Below are positions 1 through 12,958 of a DNA stretch of 64,000 bases, in pieces (positions within the stretch are counted from its first letter, which is position 1; every line of letters starts with the position of its first letter). The notes beneath the pieces were generated by a model. That model saw only the letters and a list, made by a program, of their open reading frames with translations, searched no databases and was not told the origin of the DNA. The translations under genes and the position numbers were made by a program. Source of the DNA: the human T2T-CHM13v2.0 reference genome, Homo sapiens; NCBI RefSeq assembly GCF_009914755.1, contig NC_060925.1; one strand, 5' to 3'.

Positions 1-794
1 CTAAGGTTGAGAACTAGAAAATGATAGAGAAGCCCAACTCCAACTCTAAAATGTGGCCTTTAAGAAATTGGCCAGAGATCCTGAGCTGCCAACGGTTCTA
101 CCAAGCATTTCCTGCTTCTAGGTGATCTGAAGTTTCTGGTGGGAGGTCTTTAGAGCTAGTGTCTGGCTCTCTATCAAATATCGCTTTCCTAGCCATCAGA
201 GGGGCCCCAACTACTCAAAACTGAAATTGTTACTTAAACCACAGCTTTGACTACTCAGCCCCCCAAGTCTCCAGTCATACTTTACTTGTTAATTATCTCT
301 ACTCCCACACAGAACCTGCCTTTTTCTGCTGGGTGATGCCAGTAAACTCACCTCTGACTAGGATTAGGTTATATGGGAGGTCAAAGCCCTATGGGATTTT
401 TAGAATGTTTAGTAGAGTATTAAAGCATCCTTGGGGGCTGCCCCTCATAGATGTGCCAATGTGACCTATCCCCATCCTAACTCCTCACATAAACATGGTG
501 GCTTTCTTCTAAAGTTCACTTGCGGTAAATGGTTGTGAATAAGTACACAACTAAAATGAACTATTTACTAGCTAATTTTTGGAGACATTTTACTTTTAGG
601 ACAAAAAGCCAAATGACAAAATAAAACTTCTAGGAGATCAATCCAGTTTTAGTTCAATCTCCCCAATCTTCTATTCTACATCTATTTTCCATATATGTAA
701 TTATAAATAATTAGGCTGACAACCTAAAAAAAAGATTGTTGATTGTTTTGTACTTGTGAATGCCAAAAACATTAGAGCAATAAAAATTAAAACA

Positions 795-875
795 GTGTAT
801 ACCTGTGTAACAAATCTGCATGTTCTGCACATGTATCCTGGAACTTAAAGTAAAATTAAAAAAAAAAAAAAAAAA
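795..875 (+). mobile_element. Severely 5'-truncated L1PA 3' end with poly(A) tail
   Basis: TATACCTGTGTAACAAATCTGCATGTTCTGCACATGTATCCTGGAACTTAAAGTAAAA followed by an A-run matches the primate L1 3' terminus. Confidence 0.85.
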
Positions 876-2814
876 GGAAGTGACTGCAGATTAACCACAG
901 AATTAACTTGAAAATTCTCTTCTCTATGTGTTCGGGTTCATTGATTTCTTTCTGTGAAACTTCATGTATTCTGTTTTCTTAAACTAAAAAGGAGTTTTAA
1001 AAGAATTGTTTTACATGTCCAAGAAGAAAATGTAGTCAATGAAAAATAGGAATCACATTCTAATTTTAATTTAACTCATTGCTTAATATTCATTGGATAA
1101 TTTTTGTTTCCTTATACCTGATCACTGCACACTTTTTATTTCAAAATGAACAGAAGGAAAATAGCCACGAAAATAAATGCTCAGGCTCAGTTACAAATTC
1201 TATCTGCATTCAGCTGGTGACTTTAGATAGGGTTGAGAATCGAAATCACTTACGGAGCTTTGTAAAAATCGTACTCTTTTTTCCACTCCCTGACATTTTT
1301 ATTCACTGGATCTGGGTGCCGTCTGGACATATTTATTTTGGAGATGCATTCTGTATGATTTTGATGCTTTCCCATTTTGAGAACTACCAGTTTAAATTAT
1401 TTTCGTTTTAGTCTTTGTGTCCTCTATTGTACCTTCTCTAATTTGCCGCTTACTGTTTATTGAGCAATTTGTATTTCCTTATATGTATTACTTCACACCT
1501 CCTTATTCCAAAATGAACATGGAAAATTCAGAAGAGATGACTAGCAATATCTAGATAGCAATATCTAGATATCCAGTAGTTCCCAGTCAGTTAGTTAGAG
1601 CTCAGCATAGGGTTCCCTGGAGAAGGCAGAGACCCAAGAAAAATGGGAAAGTCTTGTATATTCAGAGACCTGGGTAGGAGTGTATAGACCGGGTAGCTCA
1701 TGGGGATGCAGGAGCTGTGTCAAGGGTGTTTCTGGAAGGTTGGAAAGGGCCAGCTGTTTTCTAGCTACCCCTTTTCTCAGGAACAAAGCAGGGGATCATG
1801 ATTCTTAGGGTAGGGGAATCGATATTTTGCCTAGTTAGTTTCTTGGTTCCATAAAGGAATTGATGTTCTCACCGGGGCCTGCTGAATGGACTGGAACTAT
1901 AGAAGAAGGGCTCGACAGTCTCAGTTCAAAAGGTCTCACAAAGCTTAAACTCTCACTGGAATGCCGAATCGTAATCCCCCGATCCTGGCACACTACTGAG
2001 AGCACCACCATGAATCAGGAAGTAAACACCTATCATTAGTGAAAAACTGTCCAAAGAAGTGAATCTGCCAAAAAGAGGGCACTTGAACTCAAATATTCAC
2101 TCCTGTACCTGTATTCTTTTCTACTTTTAATTTAAACTTCTAATTTGAATGTACTCTAAACTTGAAATCCAGTGTCTCAGTTTTTTGCTTTCCAGACTTG
2201 GAGGAATTTCCCCAACGTCCCAATACCCCACTGGGTTTCACTCTGCACTGGGTCTGTAGCTTTCCAGGAGTTCTATTGCTTCCTCTTCTTTCTTTCCCAT
2301 TTTTGCAAACACGGTGACATAATGACTGTCCCTCTCCTTTTATGAAACCACATAAAGTCATAACAAGCAAATGATCATACTCCAGCGTGGACTTTACAGT
2401 TATTTTTTTTTCTATGTGTCTTGTGGGAGGGTGGAGTGGAATTCGTCTCAAATTGACTGCATTTCTAGTTGAAGGTATGTAATCTCTAGCCACTTTCTCA
2501 TTTTTCTTTAGGTCTTGGTACAGCAAAGATAATCCTGAACCTGAATAAAAGATTTGATGGATAAGGATGAAAGGAGATGAAGATTTTCAAAAGAGAGATT
2601 TCTCTTTCTCTTTTAACCTCTTTAGAGAGAAACATCCCTTTATTCTCACAATTATGAAACAAAATGTCATTTTGTTCTTTGAAAACCTGAAATTAAATTT
2701 TAGACAAAAGTTGTTATTAGTAGAGTCACTACACATGAGAAAGAAGATATATTCATTGTAAGCAACATTTCCTAGTGACAAATAGCTTTAAGATTTGTTT
2801 CAGACGTAAAACAC

Positions 2815-3272
2815 AGCTACCAAGGAGTGCAATTGCTGGATTGCAGTTGTATGGTAAGACCATGCTTCGCTTTGTAAGAAATTTTCAAACTGTCTTCCAA
2901 AGCAGCTGTACAATTTTTCATTCCCACAGGCCATAAATTAGAGTTCCTGTTGCTCCACACCCTTACCAGCATTTAATGTCTGTATTTTGGTTTTGGATTT
3001 TTGCCATTCGAATTGGTGTATGGTGGTATCTTGTTTTAATTTGCAATTCCCTAATGACATATGATGTTGAAGATCTTTCCGTGTATTTATCTGCCATCTA
3101 TATACCATCTTTACTATATGTTTACATCTTTTCCCCATTTTTAAATTGGGTTGTTTGCTTTTTAACTTGATATTTCAAGAGTTTTTGGTATATTTTGGAT
3201 ACAATTCCTTTACCAGATATTTGTTTTGCAAATACTTTCTTCCTATCTGTGGCTCGTCTTTTCATTCTCTGA
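2815..3272 (-). mobile_element. Old L1M fragment (ORF2 C-terminus region)
   Basis: Antisense L1 text (CAAACTGTCTTCCAAAGCAGCTGTAC...GTTCCTGTTGCTCCACACCCTTACCAGC...TGGTATCTTGTTTTAATTTGCA); the minus ORF 2938-3138 ends in the L1-like NAGKGVEQQEL. Confidence 0.85.
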
Positions 3273-3674
3273 AGGGACCATAGTTTAAAAATGAGATATG
3301 TTATGTCATGCCAATAAACAGTATTCTTGGTTTCCTGGGAGTGCTCAATTACAATGTTAGGAAAGGGGAAAACAGGGAAACTTAAAAGTTAAATTCTCTT
3401 AACTATGGGAACTTAAAGAGAATGATCACAGGAGCCAGAAGGGAGATTATGTGAATTATCAAATTTTGTGGAATAAAGTGGACTGCCCGCGAGTGTTTGG
3501 TGCCATTTAAGAGATAGCCCCATCCTGGTGGGGCATGTATGCCCTTGTTTAGGTCTGGTGCTTGCCATCTTTCCTTTGGAAACCTCTACCTTGCACTTCA
3601 TTTCATTCTTCTAAGATCATTCTCTCTTGATGTATCTCCTACCATTTACATCACTGAAACCCCAGGTTTGACAC

Positions 3675-3895
3675 CCAGTGTGCGGTACTGAATCATGAGC
3701 TTGGGTTTTAATGCCAGAGAGATTGGGCCTCAGCACTCAGCGTTGTGACTTAAGAGCTTTGTGACTTTAAGGAAATTGTTAGCATCCAGCAGCCTGTTTC
3801 TTTGTGTACCTAGCTCACAGTTTTACTGAGAAGATTAAGTCATATTAAGCATTCAGCACATTGGATGGCACTGGTGCTCAGCAAATGCCAGTTCT
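3675..3895 (+). mobile_element. MIR SINE
   Basis: Degenerate core (GCTTTGTGACTTTAAGGAAATTG) and tail (CTCACAGTTTTACTGAGAAGATTAAG...GGCACTGGTGCTCAGCAAATG). Confidence 0.6.
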
Positions 3896-4204
3896 CTTTT
3901 TATCCTCCTTTCTTTTCCTCTAGGTTCTCTCTACCTTTATAGCCTACACTCTTTTGCTTGTTAGACTAACTCTTTTCCATGAGTCTGAATATTCCTCCAA
4001 AGAACACTGTGAGCATTCCTTCCTCCCTCCTATTGACTTTCTCTCTTTTAAATGTCCTGTGGTCAGTCCCCATGTGGTCTTTCCTGGTCTCAAGAAGCTC
4101 CCACACAGGTACAACTGAGAGTATTTCTTGAATCTGCACCTTCCTTTTAGCTTTTGCTATTTTTATTTCTAACTTTTCTACTCTTTTTAGAGGCTCTGAA
4201 TTAA

Positions 4205-4360
4205 GGAATTCAGTGATATAAGTATTTAATGATGAACCACTATGTTCCTAGCATTGTGACACACCTGTGGGTTTTCAGAGAATCAAAAGATATGAATTTT
4301 CCCTTCAAATTGATGATCTACTCAGGAAGACAAGATATATGCACACAAAATAGACTTCAA
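4205..4360 (-). mobile_element. L2 3' fragment
   Basis: AAGTATTTAATGATGAACCACTATGTTCCTAGCATTGTG...CCCTTCAAATTGATGATCTA resembles the antisense L2 3' end. Confidence 0.5.
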
Positions 4361-5316
4361 CATTAGACAGCATGTGTCCAAAGGTAAGGTGCGGTCAGAA
4401 TGTGAGCCGATGGCTTCATGGTTTTCACTGGAATATCACATGGGTAACACCTCTTAGCTAAAGGAGTTCAGGGAGATGAGGATGGGGTTGATAATGAGTA
4501 ACAACAAAGAGAGAGGATGATTCAGTGTGTGAGTAGAGTTGGGAGGAGGCTGGAACAGGAGAACTTCTCCTTTCCTCCCCTCCCACTTTCTTTCTGTAAT
4601 TTACTTTCCTTTTTTTTTTTTTTTTTTTTTTTGGTCATGAGCATGTATCTAGTGGGAACTGTGATATGCAGGACTTTAACCATGTAATTATTAAGTCAAT
4701 ACTTTAAAAAATTCTACCTTGTTACAAAGAGGATTTATGAAGGCTCACAAAGCTAAAAAGAAAGTAAATGAATAGGAAAAATAAGGCATTGGGAAAATAA
4801 ATGTGGGGGACATTAGATGGGTTCGGGGTGAAACTAGAGCAGAAAATCTATCTTAGAATTTACTACACTTATTGGAGATGGGCCTGTTTAGGAACTGATG
4901 TAATTGTTCACAAAGTGAATATAATTGTTCACAAAATTTTTAGGATTCATCAGGTAACAACTTGTGGTAGAGGAGAAAAGTATTCATTCCTGACACTAAA
5001 GCCATGAAAAACTTTTTCCCCACAGTCTTTATAGATTAAAGATTCAGAATACAAAAACCTGACTTTGACTTTTATAAGAATTTCATGGTATTATAGGAAG
5101 GAGGAAAGAGAATATACACTAACCAGAAACCATCATACTCATTTTTTTTACATTAAAATTACAAGGTTTATTTTCTAATTGAATACATCAAAGACCCCTC
5201 CAGCATTTCTTTATGACTCACAGAGCTAAAGAGGGGATCTCATGATACTCAGGAAGGGAAGATGGGAGATCTTGACATTCAACTTCAAAAATCATCCCCT
5301 CTCCTCTCTCACCTTC

Positions 5317-5712
5317 TGCCAGGGGCCGAATTTCTTCCTCTCAAAATTCATATGTTGAAGCCCTAAGCCTCAGTACCTCAGAATAAGATTGCATTTAGGG
5401 ATAGGGCAGTCAAGTTAAATGAGGCCATTAAGGTGAGCCCTAATCCACTGTGACTGGTGTTCTAATAAGAGTAGGAGATGATGAGGACACAGAGTGAGAT
5501 ACCAGACCCAGGTATGCACAGAGAAGACCATGTGAGCACATAGCAGGAAAGCTAGCATCTGCAAGCCAAGGAAAAAGCCCTCAGAAGAAACCAAACCTAC
5601 TGACATCTTGGTCTTGGTCTTTCAGCCTCAAGACTAGGAGAAAATTAATTCCTACCATTTAAGTTACCCAGTCTGTGGTATTTTATTAGGGCAGCCCTAG
5701 CAAACTAAAACA
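5317..5712 (+). mobile_element. MaLR solo LTR (MLT1B/MLT1A-like)
   Basis: TG...CA ends, AAAATTCATATGTTGAAGCCCTAA start, GGCAGCCCTAGCAAACTAAAACA end; exact 5-bp TSD CCTTC at 5312-5316 and 5713-5717. Confidence 0.9.
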
Positions 5713-5734
5713 CCTTCCAGTTGCTCTTATAGGC

Positions 5735-6215
5735 CACAACAAAATTCCCCTTGCTTAAATTTACTGTGATCATGTTAATATTCTCTTTAAAAACCAAATG
5801 TTTCATCTTCTTATTCTGATTTTCACAGTCTTTGAAAATTTGGTCCCAACTTGTCTTTCCCTACTTAAGTCACACTATACAGAACTCATCTAGGAAAATT
5901 GCTTAATCCACCACCCTCCTTCACCCCCAGCTGTGTTTTGTACTTTATATGTTCATGTCTTTGCTAATTCTACCTGGACTATTGCAATTTTGATCCTTAA
6001 TCCATCAGCGTGCATCTCAAATACACACTCATCTGCAAAGCTCTTGGTTACCTTAACTAGCATATCTTCCTCTCCTGAATTTTTGTAACATATTGTCATC
6101 ATTTATTCATGTCTTATTCCTCTTTTGAAGGTAAGATCCTAGAAGACACAAGCCAGGTTTTTACACCTATATATAAATTTCCCAGCACAACACTTTCCAA
6201 AAAGAAGGTGCTCCA
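5735..6215 (+). mobile_element. L2 fragment, degenerate
   Basis: Pyrimidine-rich L2-like text ending GTAAGATCCTAGAAGAC...CCCAGCACAACAC...GGTGCTC. Confidence 0.45.
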
Positions 6216-6900
6216 TTTCTTCATTTATTCATGCCTACATTCTATTAGTCACATATCGTATTAATTTTTAGGGGATGCAAGAGAGGACAAACAAATGTGG
6301 TCTCTGTCCTGTGGAACTCACACTCCATTTGAAGCACAGATAAATGAGTAATCAAGCAGTTGTATTGTTGCCAGCATCTCCACTGGAGAATGATGCTGTG
6401 ATCTATGTCAGGTAGTATGCTCGGAGAAAGCCTTCTGTGGTTGTGTCATTGACATGTAAAATATGAAGAAACCAGCCCCATGGCAAGAGATAAACAGGGG
6501 CTGAACTCTTGGGGCAGGGGTGAATTTGGTGTGCTCCAGACTGGCGTACTGAGAGTGCTGTGAACAAGAAGGAGGATGGAGAGAAAGGCCAGGGTCAAGT
6601 CCTGCAGGGCTTAAGTCCTTCTGAAGCTTTCAAAGAATATTAATCAGGGAAGTGTTCATAACACAATTCTAGCATTGCTGTATAAAGGATGAATTGTCAA
6701 AATGAAAGCATGGAGGCATGTTAGGAGGCTATTGTGGTACTCAAGTTAAAAGTAGTGGCTCATGAATGGGGTCAGTGATAGTAAAGAAAGAGAGAAGTGG
6801 GTAGGCATATGACATCCTGAAGGTAGAACTTGCAAATGGAGAGGATGTGAGGAAGGAGAGCCATCAAGGATTATCCCCAAATTTCTGTCTCCACTAACAA
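6215..6900 (-). mobile_element. L2 fragment
   Basis: TTCATTTATTCA tail, GGTCTCTGTCCTGTGGAACTCACA, TTAGGAGGCTATTG, ATCAAGGATTATCCCCAAATTTCTG are antisense L2 hallmarks. Confidence 0.7.
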
Positions 6901-6961
6901 TGTTTTTACTTTTTAATTTTTTATTGAAAAGTAGGACTTGGGAACTAAAAAGTGTCTTATA

Positions 6962-6984
6962 ACACACACACATACACACACACA
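6962..6984. repeat. (CA)n microsatellite
   Basis: Directly visible. Confidence 0.9.
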
Positions 6985-7072
6985 GGCAAATCTCCCAACT
7001 TTGCTAAATTACAGCCATCAGGGATAATCTCTTTAATAATTGAGTACATATTCTTCCAGAATATTTTAGTGC

Positions 7073-7073
<1 letters not shown>

Positions 7074-7110
<37 letters not shown>

Positions 7111-7112
7111 GT
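7074..7112. repeat. (TG)n microsatellite
   Basis: Directly visible. Confidence 0.95.
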
Positions 7113-9464
7113 TCGTAGTGAAAAGAAAAAGAATGTTATTTAAAACAAAAACCAACTACATCCATTTCTACCTTCCACAGGCATAGTATAAATCTGTCTT
7201 AAGTAAAGAGTGTTTTGCTGAGAAAAATCACCTTAATTGGTGTTTTTGATGAGTAACCTGGTGAGAGAGGGGAAAACAAAGGGAGAAGTTAATTACCCTG
7301 TGTAGTAAAGTATGGAGACTAATATACATGGGCAGCCTCTCTCACAGGTTCAGAAAAAACAAAAGGGAGGACATACATGGAAGGGACATCCAACATGAGG
7401 CCTGAGGAAATTGTTGGCATGTAAGGCCTTGTCTGTGGTGGAGGTGGTCAAGGATCTTTAGGATAGCAGTAACTAACATCTCTATAAATATCTCAGCTCC
7501 ACTATACTTCTTCCTAAAATTTCATTAAAATTTAATTATATACACAACAAAGTGCTTTAGGGCATAAAAAGAAGGTTGGCATTCAGGGTGGGAAAGGCAG
7601 TGTTGGAAGGGGAGAACAGTCCCAAGAGTGAGAGCCAGGTAGTCATGGAGAGTCAGGCTGCAGAATGAACTGATGGAGGGAGAGTAGACATCACTCCATT
7701 TTTCTGTCTTATGACCAAGGAATTCCCTCAGTTTGGAACTTGGTGGTTTGAGAACTGGACTTGGGCCATTTTATCTGGGTAGTTAAAAAACATATTTCAG
7801 AAGGCTGGAGAGTTTAGGGATCTAGGCAGTGAAATCTGATTGTGTGTGTTTTTATAATTTGAGAAATTTCTCATGCATCTCCAACATATTTCAGTTATAG
7901 ATAACTCTATCTATAGCTGAACATATTTCCTGAACATCCCTTACTAGGTTTCTAGACATAAAACAAAATTCTCATGATACATTTCTGAGCTGTGAGTCAT
8001 AGTTCTTTCATCACTTAAAAAACATCGGCATCCCTGGAAAGGTATGGCAATGCTGGTAAGAGGCAGGGAATCTCTGAAATTTTAGAGTCTCAGTTGCCCC
8101 ATAAATAAGAGATGGCAGAATTGTTGTATCACTTTTAAATTTAGATTTTTCAATTATGGCAGCTTCTGCATTTAATTATTCGGTATCTGAAAGGTCACTA
8201 GAAACCAAGAGAAAAAAAGTAGTGTGGAAACTGAAAAAAAAAGTTTAACCAATTTCCATTCAAACAAAGATCCCTTCTTGCATTTTTTTTTCCCTTTGGG
8301 GAGGTGATGAGGCAGAGAGAGGTTGTGGGGAACAAGGTGGTTATTGTTTTTGTGAAACTCTTTGGTTTTGACTCTGACCTTTATCTTATAGTGGAAGGTA
8401 GGGCGTTCTGTATTAAATGGAAGAAACTTGTGGTTAAGGAGTAGAGAAGCAATAATTGGAGAGGCTGAGATATTGTCTACCAGAGACCCCATATTGGCTA
8501 GGGAGAATCACTTAGCAGCAGTGTATATGCTCTAATTAGGACAATAGGGTGACTTGTGGCTGAATTCCAAGGATCATTATTGCTGAGACATTTTATAAGC
8601 TTGAGAAATCTGATTTATTGCCAGCCTCTATCAATACTACTCTTTCTCCTCCTAGCTACATTCATAATTCCTCTTGTTTCTCATTCTCCCAGCTCAGGAA
8701 AATGCTGGTGTCTTCAGATGCCTTTAGAAAAGACAGGCGGGTTCCTCAAGTCCATACATAGCCACGTCCTCCTAAACACGCCTATTGCCATAACTTCTCC
8801 TATGTCCTCAGAAAGTGGGAGGAAGAAAGGAAGAGACATAAACGGTTTTGAGATCAAGTTCACCCTTTAGTATTCCCTAGGTTTATTATATGTGTTAATA
8901 AAAATGGGGTTCTGTTCTTGTTTCTGTAGTTGACTTTGGGAAACTTTTGAAGAACCTAGGTGTTTTTTTGTAATAAAGTACCTGTTGGCATTGTGGGGAC
9001 TAAACTACTTTGACTGTGTTTCCGTAATATGAACATAATATATAATCGTTGCTTTCAATCATTATAAGTTTATTGTTCTAGGTTCTGTATTTGCATGCTG
9101 ACATGATGTAATTGGTTCAGCTCATTTTTTTTTGTTTGTTTTCATGAAGATTCTTCCTTGGAAGTTAGATTTGTCATTCTCTAGTGAGCTATTCAGAAAG
9201 CACAGTTGTATTAGGACAGCAAATTATTCATGAAAGTAATGATTCTGGCAACCTGACAGAAGGGAAAACCAAATACCCAAATGAATAAATCTGTTTTCCC
9301 CTTTCCCACAAGTTCAATTCGTCTCTATCCCACAGAATCCACTGTAAGGCTACAGAAGGTGCTGTCCCTGATCCCAGCTGGGGAATTCCTTGGTTCTTTC
9401 CAACAATTATGGTTTACCAAAATTGTCCTTACTCTGTGCTATGATCTATGTCATCGGTAACATT

Positions 9465-9580
9465 GTGCTTTCTCAAGGAATTGTCTGCTTATGGACTTGT
9501 CTGCTTACTAGACTTAGAGCTCCTTGAAGACTTGGGTAGCATTTTCTTCATCTCTTCATTCTCAGGGCTGGTACATTGTA
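9465..9580 (+). mobile_element. L2 3' fragment
   Basis: CTTACTAGACTTAGAGCTCCTTGAAGAC...TTCATCTCTTCATTCTCAGGGCTGGTACA. Confidence 0.55.
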
Positions 9581-11220
9581 AAGGAAGGCTTTACCTAGGG
9601 GTGCCCAGGAGCTTAATTTGCATGCCCACCTCAGGAAACTTGCTATATGAGGACAGACCACAGGTACTGTTTGCATTAGGGTCTCCTGGGCTAACTAGAG
9701 AGAGACATTCTGGAACTGATGATACCGAATAAAGAGTTATTTAGATAGAGAACAATGACTTGCAGGATAGGAAGAGAGATGTCTTGGGAGATGGGCAGTG
9801 AGTGCCACTAATATAAAATGTCGTGGTGGCTGGGATGCTGGCTTATAATTAGGGGGATCAGTTTTGAGTTGATCCTAGTATGGTGTTACTTTAATGCATT
9901 CTGGCCTAATCTTTGGGACTATGTCCCGGATTCTTTGATAAAGAACGCTGTGAGATAAAGCATTAAACCTCCTTTGGGTATTGACTCAGAGCTAGGGCAG
10001 GGGATGTAGGCATCATATTGGTGAGGCTTGCAACTACTGTGGGCTAGTCTCTCACTTCTGGTGGGAGTTGGGGTCCACAGCCAAGTGGTCACCATTTTAT
10101 TGAGAAGAACACCAGCTGTAGGGATAGAACCCACAGTGACAGACATCAGCATCCATTCAACAGAGCAGTAGACACTGGGTTACTAGAGAAAGGATGAGAC
10201 TTGGGAGCCTTGGAGCCATGTCAACACAGTTCAGAGGCTGAAGAGATCAAAGATACTTTAGTTGCTACCCAGCATAGGCCAGGGGGCTTGGGTTACAGCT
10301 ACCTAATTGTATAATCATAGACACCTTAAGTCAGGCAGTTGGCTTGATAAACAGATGGAAAAGCAGTCAGCTTTCTTAACAATCCTATCATTCCACCCTT
10401 TTAGTGAGAACAAATAATTTGGTAGTTCCCCAGGGAAAATCATGCTCTTGGGCAGAGATGCCATTTTCCCATGAGGGAGGTGTGTTTGACCAAGTCTATT
10501 CTCTGTATAAAAGGTCTCTTCAGATTAGATCAGATGCACAGTTGGGGTTTGCGTAGGGGCAACCCACAGGTGAGAAGCACCTCACTTGGGTTTGTATTTG
10601 AGTGGGCTGAGCCAATGCAGAACATTGTGAGGAGCCTAATGGGCTTCAGAACGTCAGTTTCAGTCCCATGTGACTGGTTGGCTGGCTGCCCACCTGCTGC
10701 TCTGTCTCTAGCAAAACTCAACATTCAACCTTTGAAAGTGTTCTCACATGTAGATCCTGTTTATGTAGGAAGTTTGATCTAACGCCCACAGTCACACAAG
10801 TGCTTTAATTACATACTGGAAGGGTATCCTCTTGCTCCTACCCATGTCTCAATACTGCACAGAGCAGATATGCTGCTGTGTTCTCTACACCTTGAATTTC
10901 TAAAGTGGAATCACCTCCCACAAAACTGTCCATCTCTCAGTGGGTACTGTTCTGACCAGCTGGCCTATGTGGTTTGCATTGCTGCCATGTTGGGGGTTAT
11001 TGATTAAAAATAAAATAAAATTAATCAAGATGAATTGCTTACTTCTCTCCCTTAGATTTCTTTTATTTTGATGCTCTTATTCCACTCCTCTATTATCTTT
11101 ATACTATATCTCTCTTTAGTAAACCAGAATGAATTGCTCAAAAAATTTGTTATTCAAATATGAGACATCTTTTAGTTTACAAATTATTTTCTTGAATTGC
11201 AACACATTTTCTTTTGAAAA

Positions 11221-11450
11221 TGCTGTGGTAACTAATGACCCCCAAATCCAAGTGGGATATACAGGTTTGTTTCTTGCTCAAGTTACATGTCCATCATTGA
11301 CCAGTTGAGGCTCTGGTCAATGTCATCTTCATTGTGGGACCCAGGATGCTGGTGTGGCCTCTAACCGGGATGCTGCTGGGCTCATGGGAGAAGGAAGTAG
11401 GGCCTAGTGATCACATGCTGTCTCTTAAAGTTTCTTCTTGTAAGTGAAAA
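11221..11450 (-). repeat. 230-bp local duplicate of part of the MLT1 LTR at 12532-12761
   Basis: Gap-free alignment to 12532-12761 with 26 mismatches counted by eye (~89% identity). Confidence 0.9.
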
Positions 11451-11944
11451 GAAGCTTTTGAAGCTCCCCCTCTTAAATTCCCCTAAGAATTCCTTCCAGG
11501 GTTTATTTGACCCAAAGAGAGATCAGTCCTTTTCTAATGCTAGATATAGGGAGAACTGGGCTTTGAACAGTATGTTGCCCATCACCACTTGGGGTTGCTG
11601 CTGAAGACAAGTCAGGTATGTCCCTCCAGTGCTGCTTGTCCACTGAAGCAGCATGGCCCTGGGTTGTCCAGACACCTCCATTTCTGAAGTGGCTACACTC
11701 AGTCCGTATGGATATGGCTTTAGCAGAAAGCACTTTTGGTTAACATACACAGACACATCCAGAGGCACAAGCTCACCAATACTGAGGTCTGGTTGGATTC
11801 CAATAACTATTACTCAAAGAGCCAATATTCAATGTTCTTCCCTGTTAACCATTATCATCCAAGTGGCAACACAGCCTTTTTAAAGCTTCTCAAAATTCAA
11901 CATGTTTTATATCTTTTTTCCTGTAAAAATACTACCTTACTATA

Positions 11945-12341
11945 GCAGATAAAATGTAACTGTTCATGGAACCATTTTATTTTCTTCCTGGTCACATAGG
12001 AAGATTTCATTTTCCAGTCCTCCTTTCAACTAGGTGGAATCTGTGATGAAATCTGCCTAGAGAATATGGGCCTTACCTTTCCTGGGCCTTGCTATAAAAA
12101 CTTTTCTGTGAGATCTTCCATGAGCTCTTTAACTATGTGTTTGGAAATAAGGATTCCAAAATGGTTGCATTGCAAGTTGGGAACAGCATGAGCCTTAAAT
12201 CACTACTTAGAGGGGAGCCATCAGAAGAGTGATTAACCTGCATTGGAGCTCGTCTACATGAGAAATTTTAATTTTGTGAGTTTCTGAGATTTGGGAATCT
12301 ACCCGTTGTTGTGACAGAGCCTATGCTTCTTTAACCAATAT
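11945..12341 (+). mobile_element. Old MaLR LTR (MLT1H/I/J-like)
   Basis: CATTTTCCAGTCCTCCTTTCAACTAGGTGG, AATCACTACTTAGAGGGGAGC, CTGAGATTTGGG...TTAACCAATATA end. Confidence 0.65.
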
Positions 12342-12506
12342 AGGTATTACTCAAGGCATTTTGCCCTCCCTCGATAATGTCACTCAACTTATCTGCATAA
12401 CCAAGAAGAGCCTTTTACATATATCCACTTGAACTGAAATAGTTTGCTTTAGGGGGCCTTGTTTAATGACTCCCAGTCATTAAAGAGGTTGGCAAGTTAT
12501 AGGACT

Positions 12507-12912
12507 TATATCAGTCAGCTTGGCTAAGTTATGCTGTGGTAACTAATGACCCCCAAATCCAAGTGGGATATACAGGTTTATTTCCTGCTCAAGTTACATG
12601 TCCATCACTGACCGACTGAGGCTCTGGTCCATGCCTTGTTCACTGTGGGACCCAGGATGACGGCGTGGCCTCTAACTGTGGTGTTGCTGGGCTCATGGGA
12701 GAGGGAAATAGAGCCTAGTGATCACATGCTGTGTTTTAAAGCTTCTGCTCGTAAGTGAAAAAACATCACTTCTGCTTGCATGTAATGAACCAAAGCAAAT
12801 CACATGGCTAAAGCTGATGTCATGGAGGATAATACATAATCCTCCTACAGGGAAGGACATCACAGAAAGGGGAACTGGAATATTTGGAAGAATAGTAATG
12901 CCATCTATCACA
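12507..12912 (-). mobile_element. Old MaLR LTR (MLT1K/L-like)
   Basis: TATCAGTCAG...AGTTATGCTGTGGTAAC...CCCCAAATC...GGTTTATTTC start; CCAAAGCAAATCACATGGC; ATCTATCACA end. Confidence 0.7.
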
Positions 12913-12958
12913 ACCCTCAAAGGACACTCTTCTTACTTTATGTCTTGAAAGTCACCAA

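Noticed and set aside
1541-1571. Short tandem duplications (also ~4901-4935, 18881-18913, 24696-24714)
   Set aside because: Ordinary slippage duplications with no further structure.
6100-6330. Tail-to-tail L2 junction as a miR-28/151-type hairpin
   Set aside because: The arms are too diverged to give a visible stem.
10100-10780. Possible ERVL RNase H-like remnant (AEEIKDTLVA, KVFSHVD)
   Set aside because: Similarity is very weak and the spacing inconsistent; it needs a Dfam/tblastn search.
11451-11880. Overlapping ORFs suggesting an exon or processed pseudogene
   Set aside because: No recognisable protein, poly(A)/TSD or convincing splice pair.
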